Of a stretch of DNA of 64,000 bases, positions 11,507 to 25,882 are shown in pieces; within the stretch, counting starts at the first letter, position 1, and each line of letters opens with the position of its first letter. The translations under genes and the position numbers were made by a program. This DNA comes from Chrysomallon squamiferum (taxonomy: Eukaryota > Animalia > Mollusca). The notes beneath the pieces were generated by a model. It did no database searches. It saw only the letters and a program-made list of their open reading frames with translations, and was not told where the DNA came from. The stretch lies in assembly GCA_012295275.1 (NCBI GenBank), contig CM022672.1, positions 12,586,001 to 12,650,000 on the forward strand. The letters run 5' to 3'.

Positions 11507-14500
11507 TTACAATCTAACCTTTACTAATAATAAACAGGTTTTGTAGAAGCAACGATGACATTTTCCATTTTTGATCGTTTTAAAAAAAAATAAAGCAAAA
11601 TAAAACCCTGAGAAAATTGTAGTAGTCACATAATGTGTTATAGTAAAGATATTTCTGACCTAATTATAAAGATTAATATTTTAAACTTAACACACAGATA
11701 ATTAAGATTTATCATTTTAGAAACTGAGAAATGATCCTAAGTTAATGAAGGATCCTGAGAAACTTGAAAGTGAATTACAGAAGTTGCAAACTGAGGGAAA
11801 CAACAAACTGGTAATACTTTTATTTATTTATTCTGTAGACAGGTAAGAAAGATATGGAAAAGAAATGAATTCTAAGCAGTGTAACATAGTTTTAATATCT
11901 TAATTTGTTTTCTTTCAGTTTGTTATTATTTCCTAAAGATGGATGTTATATTCTTTTCTTATTTTTAAATATTTATGAATTAATATTAATCAAATTTAAA
12001 AAAACAAAAATTATTTTTAAAGATATGGATTAAAATTCTTTTAAAACAATTAACAATTTTAATCTTAAAATTGCACCTGGTTGTTTTTTTTCCTTTAGAA
12101 AAAAAAAAGAGAAATATGTTTTTAATTTAAGATTTTATGGTATTACACATTTATATGTTGTTTTTAACTAAACAGATGATGAAAAAATAAAAAAAGATAT
12201 CACATACTGATAAATCAGATACTCTTTTTTTATTAGCAACAAGGGATCTTTTATATATTTATATATATAAACACACACATATAAACTCTTTCACATACAC
12301 ATAGATACATTTAAATGTATTTTTAAAAAATAATTTCAGGCCAAACTGCAGCGAGAACAGAGAGAGAAGATAAGACAGGATTTAATAAGAACATCTGGAA
12401 TGACTGAGGCAGAGGTGATCACTATTTAAACAATTTCTGTTTGAGACATGTTAGTTTAACAGTGAAAATATTCAACAATGTTTAAACAACTCAGATTTAA
12501 TTTCTTCACCTTGTCATATAATATGAAATATATTAGTTAATAATTCAAAATGTTTAACTGTATTTAAACAAATAACACCGATTTTATTGTTGTTTGTATT
12601 TGAGATGTGTTTGTTTATAGTTCAAAATATTCAGCTGTATTTAAATAAATGTCCTACAGCCTTGCGCTGTCACAATACACTTAGATCTGAAAAAATGTAA
12701 TTTTTATGAAAACGGAATCATTTGAAACTTCCTTTAAAGCAATCTTTCTTTAAAGCAGTCTTAAAGACAATAATTTATAAGGAAGAAAGAACTATTTTTT
12801 GTTTTTAATTGTACTTATAATAATACATTGAGAATATATTATAGTATAACTTATTTTGAATGATATATGTAATGTGGATGAAGGTAAATTAAACAGACTG
12901 TTTTCAATTTCCTAGGCTCAAGCATTAATAGACAAGTTGGTGAAAAATATGGCTCTTCTAGAGGAAAAACTTGGTTTGGAACAAGCTCGTCGAAGAAGAG
13001 TGAGTTTATAAGATATTAATAAATGTTAAACCTATAATGTTACATAAAATAAAGATAAATATTTGAAATACAGAACTTAAACCTGTATTTTTTTCAAACA
13101 TGGAAAAACTATTTTATTTAGTTATGCACTTAATGTTTTTTAATTCTGTTGTTATGCATAATATGTAATAATAAAAAGAACCAGACAGTTAAGGAAATGA
13201 AACTGCTCTGTCTTGCAGCAAGATTTCTTTTTTGTGCACCTTCCCATAAACAAGAAAAAATTATTGTATGGAATTTATTGTATTAAATACGTCAATAATG
13301 TTAATGTTTTACTATATCTTCAAATTATATACTGCTAGATGCTTGAACATTTTATAAAAACCAAATAAAATAAAACAAACAATCAATCAAACAAAAAACA
13401 AAATAACAAACAACAAACAACAACAAAAAAGCCTTCATTTTTTTTTATAAACAAATACGAAATATTTAGGTGAAATTTTTACATCATTAAAATGCAAGTT
13501 TTAACTTCATTTTATCGTATTATAAAGTTGCTGTATTAGAGTAAATAAAAGTAAATAAATTATTGATTATAGATTTGTGTTTGATGTTTATTTGTTCACT
13601 GAATAAAGATGTCATCTAATTTCAATAGAATCTTGAAGAGAGATTGGCTCGAAGACGTCAAGTGGTTGAGTACAAGAAGCTGATGGAAGATTCAGAAAAT
13701 GGTGAGGTGAACAACAGGGTTGCTGTAATGGATGAACTGCTTGATAAACAAGTGGGTGATGGCAAGATAACAGAAAAAAACAAAGAGGAAATACTCCACA
13801 AATACATAGCTCACTTGAAACATCATAAGAAGAGTGTCAATGACAGTGAGTGGATAGTTAAATACACTGATAATTGTACCATTCATATTTACAAAATAGA
13901 AAAGGAAAAACCCATAAATACTATATCTTGAAGAGATTAGTGACTTTTTAAACATAGGGAAAAACAATTAAAAAATTGTTTATAACGATAAATAATATTA
14001 ATTATTTGGGATTAGGCTATCTTCAGAACTAGAAAAGATACCAGTTGTCTTCAAAGATCTCTGATTTGTATACAAATTTAAACAGATTTGTTATTGCTGA
14101 AATATAAAACAGTATGTTATTGAATATCATGGTATTACCATAACTATAACCGTTTTATAATGTTAATGCAATAATTTAAATCTTTATAGGTAAGTTAATA
14201 CATATGTGTCTAAGATGATGCTTCTTTGAACACTGATTTTATTTTCTATATGTTAATTTTGTTTTATATATTCCTGATCTACTAGTGTGTTTTTGTTACA
14301 GATTATAGTAAGGAAAAAGAGACTGTACAGGAGAAACTGCGACTGAAGAGATTAAAACACATGCAAAAGCTGTTAGATAAACAGGCCAAGGAAAGAGCTC
14401 TGCATGTCCAGAAAACCTCTCAAAGCACAAACACTGCTGAGTATATAAAGGTATGTACACAAGAGGTATCATCAGTTACAGTTTAAATAAATTAAAGTGG

Positions 14501-17500
14501 ATCTTTCATATACATACTTTGTGTTTTTACCAGTTTTTGCTGATACCAGTAATGTAATAAATTTGTAAGAAAGACTGCAGCCCGATATAATTATTCTTTT
14601 TTATTATTGTGACAGATTTACTTAATAGACTGAGTAAATCAATGAAGAAAAAAATATATAAATAAAACAGGATAAAAAAAAAAAAAAAAAAAAAAAAAAA
14701 TAAAATAATTCTCTCATGACTTTTCTACATAATAATTATAATCATTTAATGTCTGTCACCATGCATTCTTATCAACTTGTATCATACTTTGTTACCAGCA
14801 AAGGTTAATGATTAACTCTATTTAAATGTCTGTTAAGAATACAAAATATTTTAGACTCTTTACACATTGTTAAAAGGTGTTTTTTCCCTAATATTAATCA
14901 GTTTAGTTTCAGCCTTATTGAGGCAAATAATAGTCTGCTATTCTAGATATAATTATGTATATTAGATTATTTGTACAGTCATTACTAAAGCATACAGTGA
15001 AAAAATACCCCAGAATGTTGTTTTGTTTTAGGAATACCATGAACTGTTAGTACGTCAACACAAAGAACTGGAAGAAGCTAGTACAGATCTTGATCAAGCA
15101 GAAGTCCAGGAGCTTGATAGGTTAATGAAGGTAAACTTTAGAAGTCCATGAACTTAACTAGTTAATGAAGGTAAGCTCTAGAAGTCAAAGAGCTTGATAG
15201 ATTACTAAAGTAAGTGTTAAGGTTAATAATGGTGACACTTCAATGTCCTTGATCTTGGTAGGTTAATGGAGGTAAGCTTTAGAAGTACTGGAATCAATAC
15301 ATTAATGGAGGTAAGCTTTAAAAGTCCAGGAATGGATAGATTGAAGTCCATGATCTTAGTGAAGATAATTTTTAGAAGTCTCTGAGCATAGAAGGTTATG
15401 AAGGTTAGCTTCAGAGCTTGGTAACTGTTGAACAAGTCTATGATCATGAAATGCTAATGAAAGATAGCTATAAATTTCATTGGCAGTTCAATGATGGATC
15501 TTGCAGAGCTGGATAGGAATATTTATTGTAGATGAATTAAAATGAATATTTTTATAATAATTTAAAACAGAAACATCAAAAGTTTGCATTGCAACTTTCA
15601 GGAAGAACAGCAGAAGCTGAAGTCAGGTCTAGATGAAGAGGACAAACTGTTTGTTCCCGTCATCCAGTCAGAGACTAACATGAACGAGAGAGAAATAGAG
15701 CGCATTATGGCTCTTCATCACAAACACTTGCAGGCACACGATGGTAAATTTACACGTTTGGACAAGGGTTTAATAAATGGGAAGCACCACTATAGTGGTG
15801 GAATACACAGTAAAAGAATAAATGTTCGATAATAAGCATTGAAGACACCTGAGTTCCAGTTCAAAAATCATAATGTAGTTTGTACATTTTTCCAAATTTC
15901 TTTTCTTGTTTTAATTGATTATATACATCAATGATAATTCAGTTCTTTTGAACATCTTTTTAGTTCTTTTCAATCTTGTACATCTTTTTAGTTACATCTT
16001 TTGTCATATATTCTTGATATTTTCTTTGTTTCTTTTTCTTAATGCAATTTTTTACTTTCATTACTTAAGTACTAGTGGTTACTGTAAACAGATTGCTAAA
16101 CATTTCTTTGTATTTATTAAATAAATAATTAAAAAAAACAAAAAGAATTTATGTTGCAGCAAGTAAAGATGCAGAAAAACAGGTTATGTTAAACAAACTG
16201 CAAAACAGATTGAAGCAGCGATTACAGGTATGTTTATTTGACTCTTTTTATAATGTTTGTTAATACCAATCAACATTCTTTTTATTATTATAATTATTGT
16301 TTTTTATTGTGCAGTTACTATTTCTGATGACCTGTAATACCAATGTCAGAAGTATATGTGAACAGTAGATTTCTGGCAATAAATATAAAGAAGGGGGAAA
16401 AAGCAGAAAGAAAAAAGATATTAATTATACACAGAAGAGTTTATAAGATTTTAGGTTTCCCTGTTTACCATTCACATTATTTTAGAACTCTTCATACATG
16501 AAAATAATGTTTTGATATAATAATATGTGCATTATAAAACTTATACTAATAACAAATAACTTGGTGATTTTTAAATATTTAAAAAGCACAACCTTTTGTG
16601 TGACACAATAAACAATATTCACAACCAGCACTTATATAACTGCTCTAATTATTTGTTACTTTTTTTATTTGTTTTTATTTTTTATTTTTTGGATTTATTA
16701 TGTTCGCTATTGTTACCGTCATTGTAATAAATTAATAAATAAAAATGAAATAAATAAAACCTAATAAATGAAATAAAATAACAAATAAAGAAATGAATGA
16801 ATGAACAAACAAACAAACAAACAAACAAACAAACAAACAAATAAAAAATCCCATACTAATATTGTAGGCACTGGAAAGTAAGGAACAACAGGATACTGTG
16901 GAAATGGAGACATTGATTGAACAGCAGACGTCAGTTTTGAGCAAAGTTCTTGAATCCAATCTGGAATTAACAGATGAGTAAGAATGAACTTTTTCTCATT
17001 ATCAAAAATTATAACTGCTTAGAAAACTGATTTTCAACCTAGTTGGTAGCATCCCTTACTTGAAATGGCCGTACTTTTTCAAAATCATGATTGTTTTTGA
17101 TATTTGAACTAGTTTTAAAAGCAATTTAGGTTTTACGTCAATAAAAGTACTGTTTGGAGTTCTTGAGTCTGATTTCACAGAGCAGAATTTATTTTTTATT
17201 TTTTATTATTCAGAGCTAAGAACAAGGTTTTACAGGAACACCAGCAGAATATGCAAGCTTTAGCCAACCAGCTGCAGTGTAGCAAACTGCGGCAGCAGAA
17301 AAGGTTAGTTTTATTGTTGATAAAGAACACAGAGCTGACTGCTGTTTGTTTGTTTTTTTATTTTTGAAACAAAACATTGTAGATTTATTCATTTATAATA
17401 ATACATTGTTGTTTTGTTTTAGAATCTTACTTAATTTTCAAAGGAAAATATAAAAATTATTTTATGCCATATAACATGGTTGATACATGTTACTAACATA

Positions 17501-18839
17501 GACTTTTTCAATTCTTGCTAATGCATTCACTTATAATTTTAATTTAGTTTGAATGCATAGACATGATGATCTTTCAACATTTAAATTTAACATACAGTGC
17601 ATGCAGATATATTTGTCAACATATGCTCTGAAAATAGGATAGCAATCCTAAAAATACAAAATATTGAATACATCAAAATGGTAAAGCCAGGATTTTATAT
17701 TATTATTAAAAATGAGATCATAATTACAAAAACTGTGATATAAAATACTGCATGTTTAATGTACATGTTTAATATTTGAACTTGTTCACAAATACAATAA
17801 TTGTAATATAACATACCTTATGTAATAAGTATATTTTAGTCAGGATTACAGACTCTAATTGCTAATTATAAATCCCCAGTTTAGAAATCAAACTGAACCA
17901 ACGACGAGCAAGACTGGAAGAACTGCACAAGAAACAAGATGAAATCAAGTTAAACAAGTTGACAGCAAACAAGAAAGAACAGGAGAAGTTGGAGCAGCAG
18001 CTGGTTGGTTTTATACAAGTTATTTTTTTCTATTAGTATTTGTTTTATACAAGTTATATTTTTCTATTAGTATTTGTTTTATACAAGTTATATTTTTCTA
18101 TTAGTATTTGTTTTATACAAGTTATATTTTTCTATTAGTATTTGTTTTATACAAGTTATTTTTTTCTATTAGTATTTGTTTTATACAAGTTATATTTTTC
18201 TATTAGTATTTGTTTTATACAAGTTATTTTTTTCTATTAGTATTTGTTTTATACAAGTTATTCTGTTTTAGTACAGGTTTGTTTTATATTAATACTCATT
18301 TGTTTTATACAAGATATCTTTCTTGTATCAGTACTGGTCTATTTTATCCTAGTTACTTTTTTTTTATATTACTACTTGGGTTTTTAATTTTTTTATACTA
18401 TTTTTTTTTTTTTAATATTAGTTTGTTTTGTTCCAGTTATTTCTTTTTTTTACTAATATTGTTGATTTTACTAGAGTTACTTTTTTCTGTACTGCATAAA
18501 AGTTAGGATACTTTGTTCATAAATACAGGATGTTAATAAAATAAAATAAAATAACTACTAACTGTGAATATAGAAAAATGAAACCTTCATTTTCGCCACA
18601 AATAAAGTTTAAATATTATTTACACAATGTCTGATTTCCACATACACAAACCTCTAACAAGTAAACAGATAACCATAATTTTATGCTAAAATGAATGCAC
18701 TAAAATCTTTTTACATTATTGTCACTAGTATTTCTATCCTGTCTTTCTAGAGTATAACACAGCAACATGTATAAAATAAAATTCCGAAGAAATTTCAGAT
18801 TTTCAAATATCTCAATATCCATATCTGTATCTATATCTA

Positions 18840-18874
<35 letters not shown>

Positions 18875-18891
18875 TTCTGTCTATCTATCTA

Positions 18892-18923
<32 letters not shown>

Positions 18924-21900
18924 AATGAATATATGTATATATCACTTCTTTATAAGTGTGTATATATACTTCTTGTTTGTAAGTGTATGTACTGCATATA
19001 CTTTGTATTTGTCTGAGTATGTAAAATGTTTTTGCTGTGTAATCTAGGAAGCACAGATCAAGGCTGAGGAAGAGAAGCTGGAGCTGGCGAGACAGGCAGC
19101 TGTGAAGGAACACAGGAGACTGTTAGCTCTAGAGATTGAAGAGGCGCTCAAACTGCAAGATGCAGAAATAGGCAGACTGATTGGACGTCTTCAGGTAAAT
19201 CTTATTACACTGATGAATAAATGCTGTGTTTAGTATTGTTCCAATGAAAAATAAATAAGTAATAAATGAAATAATATAAAATGGATAAATGATAAATAAA
19301 TAGAATAGAATAAATCAATAAATACATAAATACATAAATAAATAAATAGAATAAATACATAAATACATAAATAAATAAATAAATATTTGTTAAATAAATA
19401 AATAGAATGGATAGAATACAATGGAATAAATAAGTATATAAATAAATAACTAATAAAAATCATAAGTAAGGAACAAAATATATATGAAACATCAAACAAA
19501 TATGTAAAAGTTGTATTACACAGATGAATAAGAAACAAAGTAATAACAAAAGTAAATGAAGTAATCACAAAAATCATAAATAAATAATTTAAACAATAAT
19601 AAATAAATGAATAAATAAATACAAAACAAACTAGAAGTATATAAAACAAGAAATAAAAACATGTTATTTTTATTGTTTGTTTTAGGTTGGTCAAGCAAGA
19701 AGAAAGGCTTTATTACAGAAACAAGACAAAACACTCAAAGAACTCCAGGTAAACATTCTAAAATTATGTAATAGAACGTACAGGTATATTCTGTATTACA
19801 AAATGATATAACATGTATATTCTGTCATATAAAATTATAAAACAATGTGTATACAGTCAAAGAGATTTAAAAAAAATATTCATCAACAATAAATAAACAT
19901 TTGCTGGAAAGATAACTCAGTATATTCATACATAAATAAACTTGCATATTTATTAAATAAATGACAGTAAATTTTAATATGCTCTATACGTAAAATACAA
20001 TAAATGTAGGGGAAAATAAATATTAATATATAATTTTGTTTAAATGCTACTTGAATTGATTTACATCTGCAGGAACAGTTGGAAAAGAAAATGACAGGGG
20101 ATGTGAACCTGCCCAAAAGCTACACTGACCAGCTAATCCAGCAGCACTACAACCAAGTGAGTAACCTGAATGAACAGATTCAGAACAACCGAGAACGTCA
20201 GGAAAGAATACTTGCTGAAAAAATACAAGCAAAGAAGTACAAGAAGGAGAGGTATGATTTTTTAGTTTTGTGGTTTGCTTGGTAATAAATAAATATTTTA
20301 CTGATAATTAGAAAAAAATTATGTTCAGGCCAGTTTTCATTGCTGTAGTTGGCTTTAATTTTGATCATAATTTAGTTTTTTGTTTTTGAAAAACAAACAA
20401 CAATCCCAGAATGAAAATAATAATAAAAAAAAGAAAACATTCCTGTGTAAAAATTAAATAAAAAAAAAAATAAATAAAAAAATTACCAGTAATAAGAGTA
20501 ATTATATTAAGGTTAGTAATGATTATTTCTTACACTGCACAAAATATATTTCTTGTTTTGTTTTTTTAAATAAAGTTAATATCATTGTTAGAATTACATA
20601 ATTATCTGTTGTTATATTTCATATAAAATTTTACTTCTATTCATAAGCTTTATATATTTATTTATTTATTTTTTTATTTAATTATTTCATTTGTTAATGT
20701 AAGAACAACAACAATAACAAAAAAGTACTTAATGACTCAGTCTGTAGTAACTTCACTATTTTAGTATTATTTCTTCTTCTTCTGATCAGTTGCTATCTCT
20801 TCTTAAATATCTGCTCACTAAAGATTTAAGAAATTGGCAGTAAAGTTTATGAGTTGTGTCTGTTTCAGGGAAATTGAAAATGTTATTCAGGAAGAAGTGG
20901 AACAAGAATATCAAAGTCAAATACAGAGAGGAGCAGGGTAATATTTTACAAATCATTATACTGAAAAATGTATTTCAAAACCTTTTTTCATACTCACATG
21001 TTGTTGTTTTATTTGTTTTAGAACACTAAATACAAAGCATGGCAAGAAAATGACTTACGAAAATGTTCATAAGTTGTTTTGCTTTCTCCTAAAAATAATT
21101 ATAAACAAATCTTACAGGACATCAACTTTATAATTATTTTATTTCATTTTGTTTTATTTTATTTAACATTTCTGATTATGATAAAAAGGGAAGAACATTT
21201 TTAATCTCATGCATCCTCATGACTTGTTAACATAGTTTATTGTTAGCAAAGATTAGTCACCAAAATTACAAATAAAAACAATGATCTGGTTGTTGTAATG
21301 TATGTTTCCACTGAGTGTTTACACTGATATTATTTATAACAATATGGCCAGTAAGCTGAAGATGTTATTTCAATATGGCAGTTACTTGTTTCAAAACAAA
21401 CACATATGTTACTTGTTTCAGTGTGGCCCATCAAACACTTATGTTACTTGTTTCAGTGTGGCCAGTCAGGTGTTGATGCGCAGTCTGATGGAGCAGAGAC
21501 ACAGGAAGGCGATGATGGATCTGGAGAAGGAGATGAAGATGGAGATGGAGAAATGTAGAGAGGAACTCAACACACAGCTTGAGATTGATCTACAGAATGC
21601 ACTGGAGGTGTGTGTATAACGCATTCTGTGTTTTTTAACAGTGATTTAAAAAAATGATAAGTAACATGCTTTTATCTGAAGAAAGTTAGACCTGAATAAG
21701 ATGTGTAAAAGATGCATACAGCGCTTACATGTGACTGTTTCCTTTTCCAGTCAACAAATGACATGACTCAAGTAAAATAAAGACAGAATATGTGCAGTTG
21801 ATCTGGTTGTTTGTGTTTATTTGAAAATTTTATCAAAGTTTTGTATGTGTATATATATAAAGTAATATATAAAATTGTATAAATATATATATTTATTTTG

Positions 21901-23270
21901 CCAACAGGAAGAAAAACAAGAACTGTTAACAAAACTAGCTGCATTGAGCAATTTATCAAAAGATGAACTTCATGAAGCAGTTGAATCTGCTGTAACAGGT
22001 AAATTAATTATCTTCACTTAGATACTGGGTTGGAACAAAAATTCATAGCACTTTTTAAGTCAAATTCAAAGACAGTATTTAGGTATTCAACAACACATGT
22101 GCCAGTTTGTTCCACTACCTTTTGCCATCTTTGAAGTAGATTCATGATTCCATCCTACCAGAACTTACCATCTTTCTCTGTGATAAGCTAGTCTAAATGC
22201 TGCAAACTTTTGTTCAAACTGAATATTTTATGAGATATTTCTCAACTTTAACATGTTTTTACATGGTGCTTATATTTATTATTTATTGTGTGTTATCAGT
22301 ATTTGGTTTAATGATAATGTTCATTATTAAAACTAGTTGGTGTATTATTATTTGTTTTTTTAATATTCTTTTTTTTAATTGGTTTGTATATGTATATTTT
22401 TATTTGCTTAACTGTTTGTTTAAGCAAATTATTGTACAAATTTATTAACTTTTTGCATTAAGATAAAGATTTAAAGAAATATTTCTTTATTCTAAATGTA
22501 TTTTGTATCACCATTGTTAAGATGTAAAATAAATTTTTCTGTTACAGAAACTGGAGGTAGTGATAAAGCAGCTAAAAAATTGGCCAAGGATTTGCAGAAA
22601 GAGGTACAACATGCCAAAACATCACTCAGTGAAGATTATGATTATGGAAATGATGATGAACCACTGGGTAAGAATTTTTTCTTTATTTGTCATCATTTCT
22701 GTTTTGTTTTTATTTTATTTTATTTTATTTCATTTTATTTTAATTTTTATTTAATTTTATTTATTTATTTGTAATTTTTTTTTTTTTAAATTATATTCCT
22801 TAGTGTTGTTTTTGGGGTTCTTTTTAATAATATTAATTTTCATTTATTCATTTATTTATTTATTTATTTATTTATTTTTTTTATTTATTTTTTTTTGTTT
22901 TTTTTTTTGTTTTGTTTTGTTTTGTTTTGTTTTGTTTTTATTTTATTTTATTATATTTTTGTATTATTTTAAATTCCTTTATGTTAGTTATTGTTGCTTT
23001 ATATTTCTTTCATTATAATTTATTGTTTTGTATTTTCCGTTACTTTTCCTTTGATGCAGTCACTTTAAATTTCATCTTCATTACCTTATTTTTACTTACT
23101 GAACAGAGCTGATGAGGGCTAACACAAATCTTGATGGGACAGTGTCACTACAAACAGGTTATGATAATGATGGTGAAGTGAAGCATGGTAAAAAGAAGAA
23201 GAAGAAAAATCTGCTGAAAGCAAAAAGAGCTTTTGAAGATGAACCAGTTCATCAAGATGATGACTTCTAA
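5270..23270 (+). CDS. EVC: Ellis-van Creveld syndrome protein (EVC)-like: N-terminal signal-anchor TM plus long coiled-coil, 24 exons, 963 aa
   Basis: Exons: 5270-5452, 6020-6100, 7126-7283, 10638-10722, 10972-11124, 11721-11810, 12340-12414, 12916-12999, 13629-13845, 14302-14450, 15032-15130, 15602-15743, 16160-16227, 16868-16977, 17214-17303, 17880-18003, 19048-19194, 19686-19748, 20073-20251, 20869-20937, 21457-21607, 21908-21998, 22548-22667, 23107-23270 (TAA). All introns are GT-AG with consistent phases; total 2892 nt. A single TM (HPGWIAGAFFLGLFLGAIVTALLV) is followed by basic residues and then E/K/Q/L/R-rich heptad sequence. Size, topology and divergent pairing fit EVC. Gene structure is high confidence; the name is inferred. 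Confidence 0.75.
9067..9154. repeat. (TC)n microsatellite
   Basis: Perfect dinucleotide run in EVC intron 3. Confidence 0.95.
15100..15480. repeat. Degenerate 40-bp tandem repeat spanning the EVC exon 11 donor
   Basis: Unit agaagtccaggagcttgataggttaatgaag|gtaaacttt recurs at 15100, 15140 and 15180, with progressively decayed copies to ~15480. Confidence 0.85.
18008..18262. repeat. 34-bp minisatellite, ~7.5 near-identical copies, abutting the EVC exon 16 donor
   Basis: Unit gttttatacaagttatatttttctattagtattt at 18008, 18042, 18076, 18110, 18144, 18178, 18212 and 18246 (partial). Confidence 0.95.
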
Positions 23271-25304
23271 ACTGTAGCTAAATAGATAAAGAAAAAAAAC
23301 CCACTATCACATGAAGCCATTCCCTTGTTAATATTCTGATCTAGTGAAATTCACCAGTTTTTTATTTCAGAATAATTTTCATTTTAATATTTAAACTGAT
23401 TGATATCAGCAGTAAAAAGTATCTCTTTAGAAATCAAAATTTGTAGAATATTATTATTTTTTTTTTCACTATTATATTTTTCATGGCATTAAAAAAAGAA
23501 AAAAATGGATATTAGAGTTTTGAATAATAATTCATAAAAAAGACAGCAAAAATAAAATATATAGAATAGCTTTTATTAAAAGATTAACTTGTACCTATAA
23601 TAAGTGAATTTTAATATATTTTAATATTTATTTTCCCCTTTGGGAAATATTAAGTAATCATGAAACAGTTATAATTGATGGGGTTTTATTGGCCAGAAAT
23701 ATCATGAATAAAATTAACAGACCTTTTTGTTTTCATTTATTTGTTATTTATTTTTTTAGTAAATGTTATTTTTGTAATCATGTTAATTATAATTATGAAA
23801 AGCCTTTTTTTTATGATTGCTTAAAGATGGGTTTTTTTTAAAAACAAACATATTTCTTATTTTGTACTGAAAATAACACATTTGTGTACTAAAATATAAG
23901 CAATTTAAAAAAAAAAAAAAAAAAATAATTCTATCTTGCATATGGTATATAACTTATCAGGAAAACAATTTAAAAAATAAGAAAGTTGAAAATTTAAAAT
24001 AAATAAATAAATTAAAAATATTAAATGCTTAGTTTATTGTTGTTGATAATTAAATATGATAATAAAAAACAAAAACAACAAAAAAAGATTAGAGATAAAA
24101 TATCTAACCTTATCTGAAATATGAAAAGATTAGATATTTTTAAAAATATTTTTGTTTTGATAAAATAGTGATAATTATATACTAGAATATTTTATCAAAT
24201 AATTTCCTTACTATATATAATGCTTTCATCAAATATATATAAATTGTTTTTAAATTTTTATTTAATTTGTATAAAGGTAAACACTTGATAAAAAATTTCA
24301 AAACCTTATAATATAAAATTTTATAAAATTATTTTTTAATTTTTTGATGGAAATATATACAATTATGAATATAGTTTGACAATTTTGTAGTGATTATGTA
24401 AATAAGAATCTAAATACAAAGATACAATGTCAAATATTTATATCTATATCTGTATATCTGTAAATGATAATTTATACTGTGTGTGTATGTGTGTACACAC
24501 ACAGATAAATAACTGGCAGTGTATCTTCATGTTTAGATAAATTTTATAGATGTGAATCATAGTAAATATAATATTTGTTCTCTTAGTGTTTGCCTATGTC
24601 ATCATTATATATTTAAATTCATATATACTTGTCAGTATATGAGTGTGTGTATACATGTGCATGTGTTTATGTGTATGTGTGTGTGTCTGGGTGTACGTGT
24701 GTTTGTATATATGTGTGTTTGGTTGTTTGTTTGAATGGATGTATATATATATATGCATATATGCATATTTATGTGTATTTATATGTATATGTGTGTACAT
24801 ATGTATTTTTGTTTTATCTTCATTTACAGTTATTTATTAATGTAATAAACAAATTTTATACAAAAAACAACTGTGATACCCTTTTAGTAAACTGTTTATT
24901 GACAAAGAACTAAATTTTAGTATGTTTTATATTCTGTAGATAAATGAAATAATGATAAATATTATTTATTTAATTACTTTTATTTATTGACATATGCAAC
25001 CTAACATTTTATAGATTTGTCTAATCATATATTTTAATAAAGATTATTAAATGGATAATGGTGTATTTGTTTTTTATTTCATGTGGTATCAAAAATATTT
25101 AATTTTATAATATTTCCTTTCTTTTTTCTTCTTTTAAATTTTTTTTATTACTGAGAATACAGCACTATATTTTGCTACTTTAAAAAGAAGAAGATAATGT
25201 AATAAAAATATAATAAAATAAAATAATAAAAAAATAAAATGTAAAATGAATGATGGTAATAACTGTTAATAAGCTGTAACTGGTTTATCAAAGACTGCGC
25301 TAAA

Positions 25305-25364
25305 TTTTGTAGATGCATGTAAAAGATCCCTTGCTTCAAATAAATAAAAATATAAAAACATCAA

Positions 25365-25400
<36 letters not shown>

Positions 25401-25545
25401 AGTAATAGTAGCAGTAGTAGTAATAATAATAATAATCATAAACAGAAATTAATCGCGTGACAGCATTACGTTTATAAACACATTTAAGATGCCAGATTAA
25501 AAATGTGTTGAATTTGTGTCGTTAATAAAACACTTCCTTCTTCCA
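25305..25545 (+). mobile_element. Decayed interspersed repeat (SINE-like) fragment; related fragments at ~6245-6520 (+), ~12230-12260 (-), ~13190-13255 (-) and ~40830-41010 (-)
   Basis: The core gcatgtaaaagatcccttgct (25315-25336) recurs as the reverse complement tagcaacaagggatcttttatat (12234-12256) and more loosely at 13216-13240. The 3' block aatgtgttga..gtcgtt.aataaaaca resembles 6495-6520. Confidence 0.45.
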
Positions 25546-25735
25546 GATAAAACACCATTATACCCGAGTTCATTTACTTACAGTCCAAAGTACACATCTG
25601 CTTATCCGTAACATCCTGTATTTTATCTGAACTGAAAGGAGGAAGATGATTTTATTTTGAAGCACGATATCTGATCAATATTGCTGACGTGTAATTTACA
25701 TTAAGCTTTATTTAGTTGTAATAAAAGCTGGACTA

Positions 25736-25882
<147 letters not shown>

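Noticed and set aside
15786-15801. Perfect 16-bp palindrome CACCACTATAGTGGTG in EVC intron 12
   Set aside because: It is isolated, with no second copy or element boundaries; about one such palindrome is plausible by chance in 64 kb.
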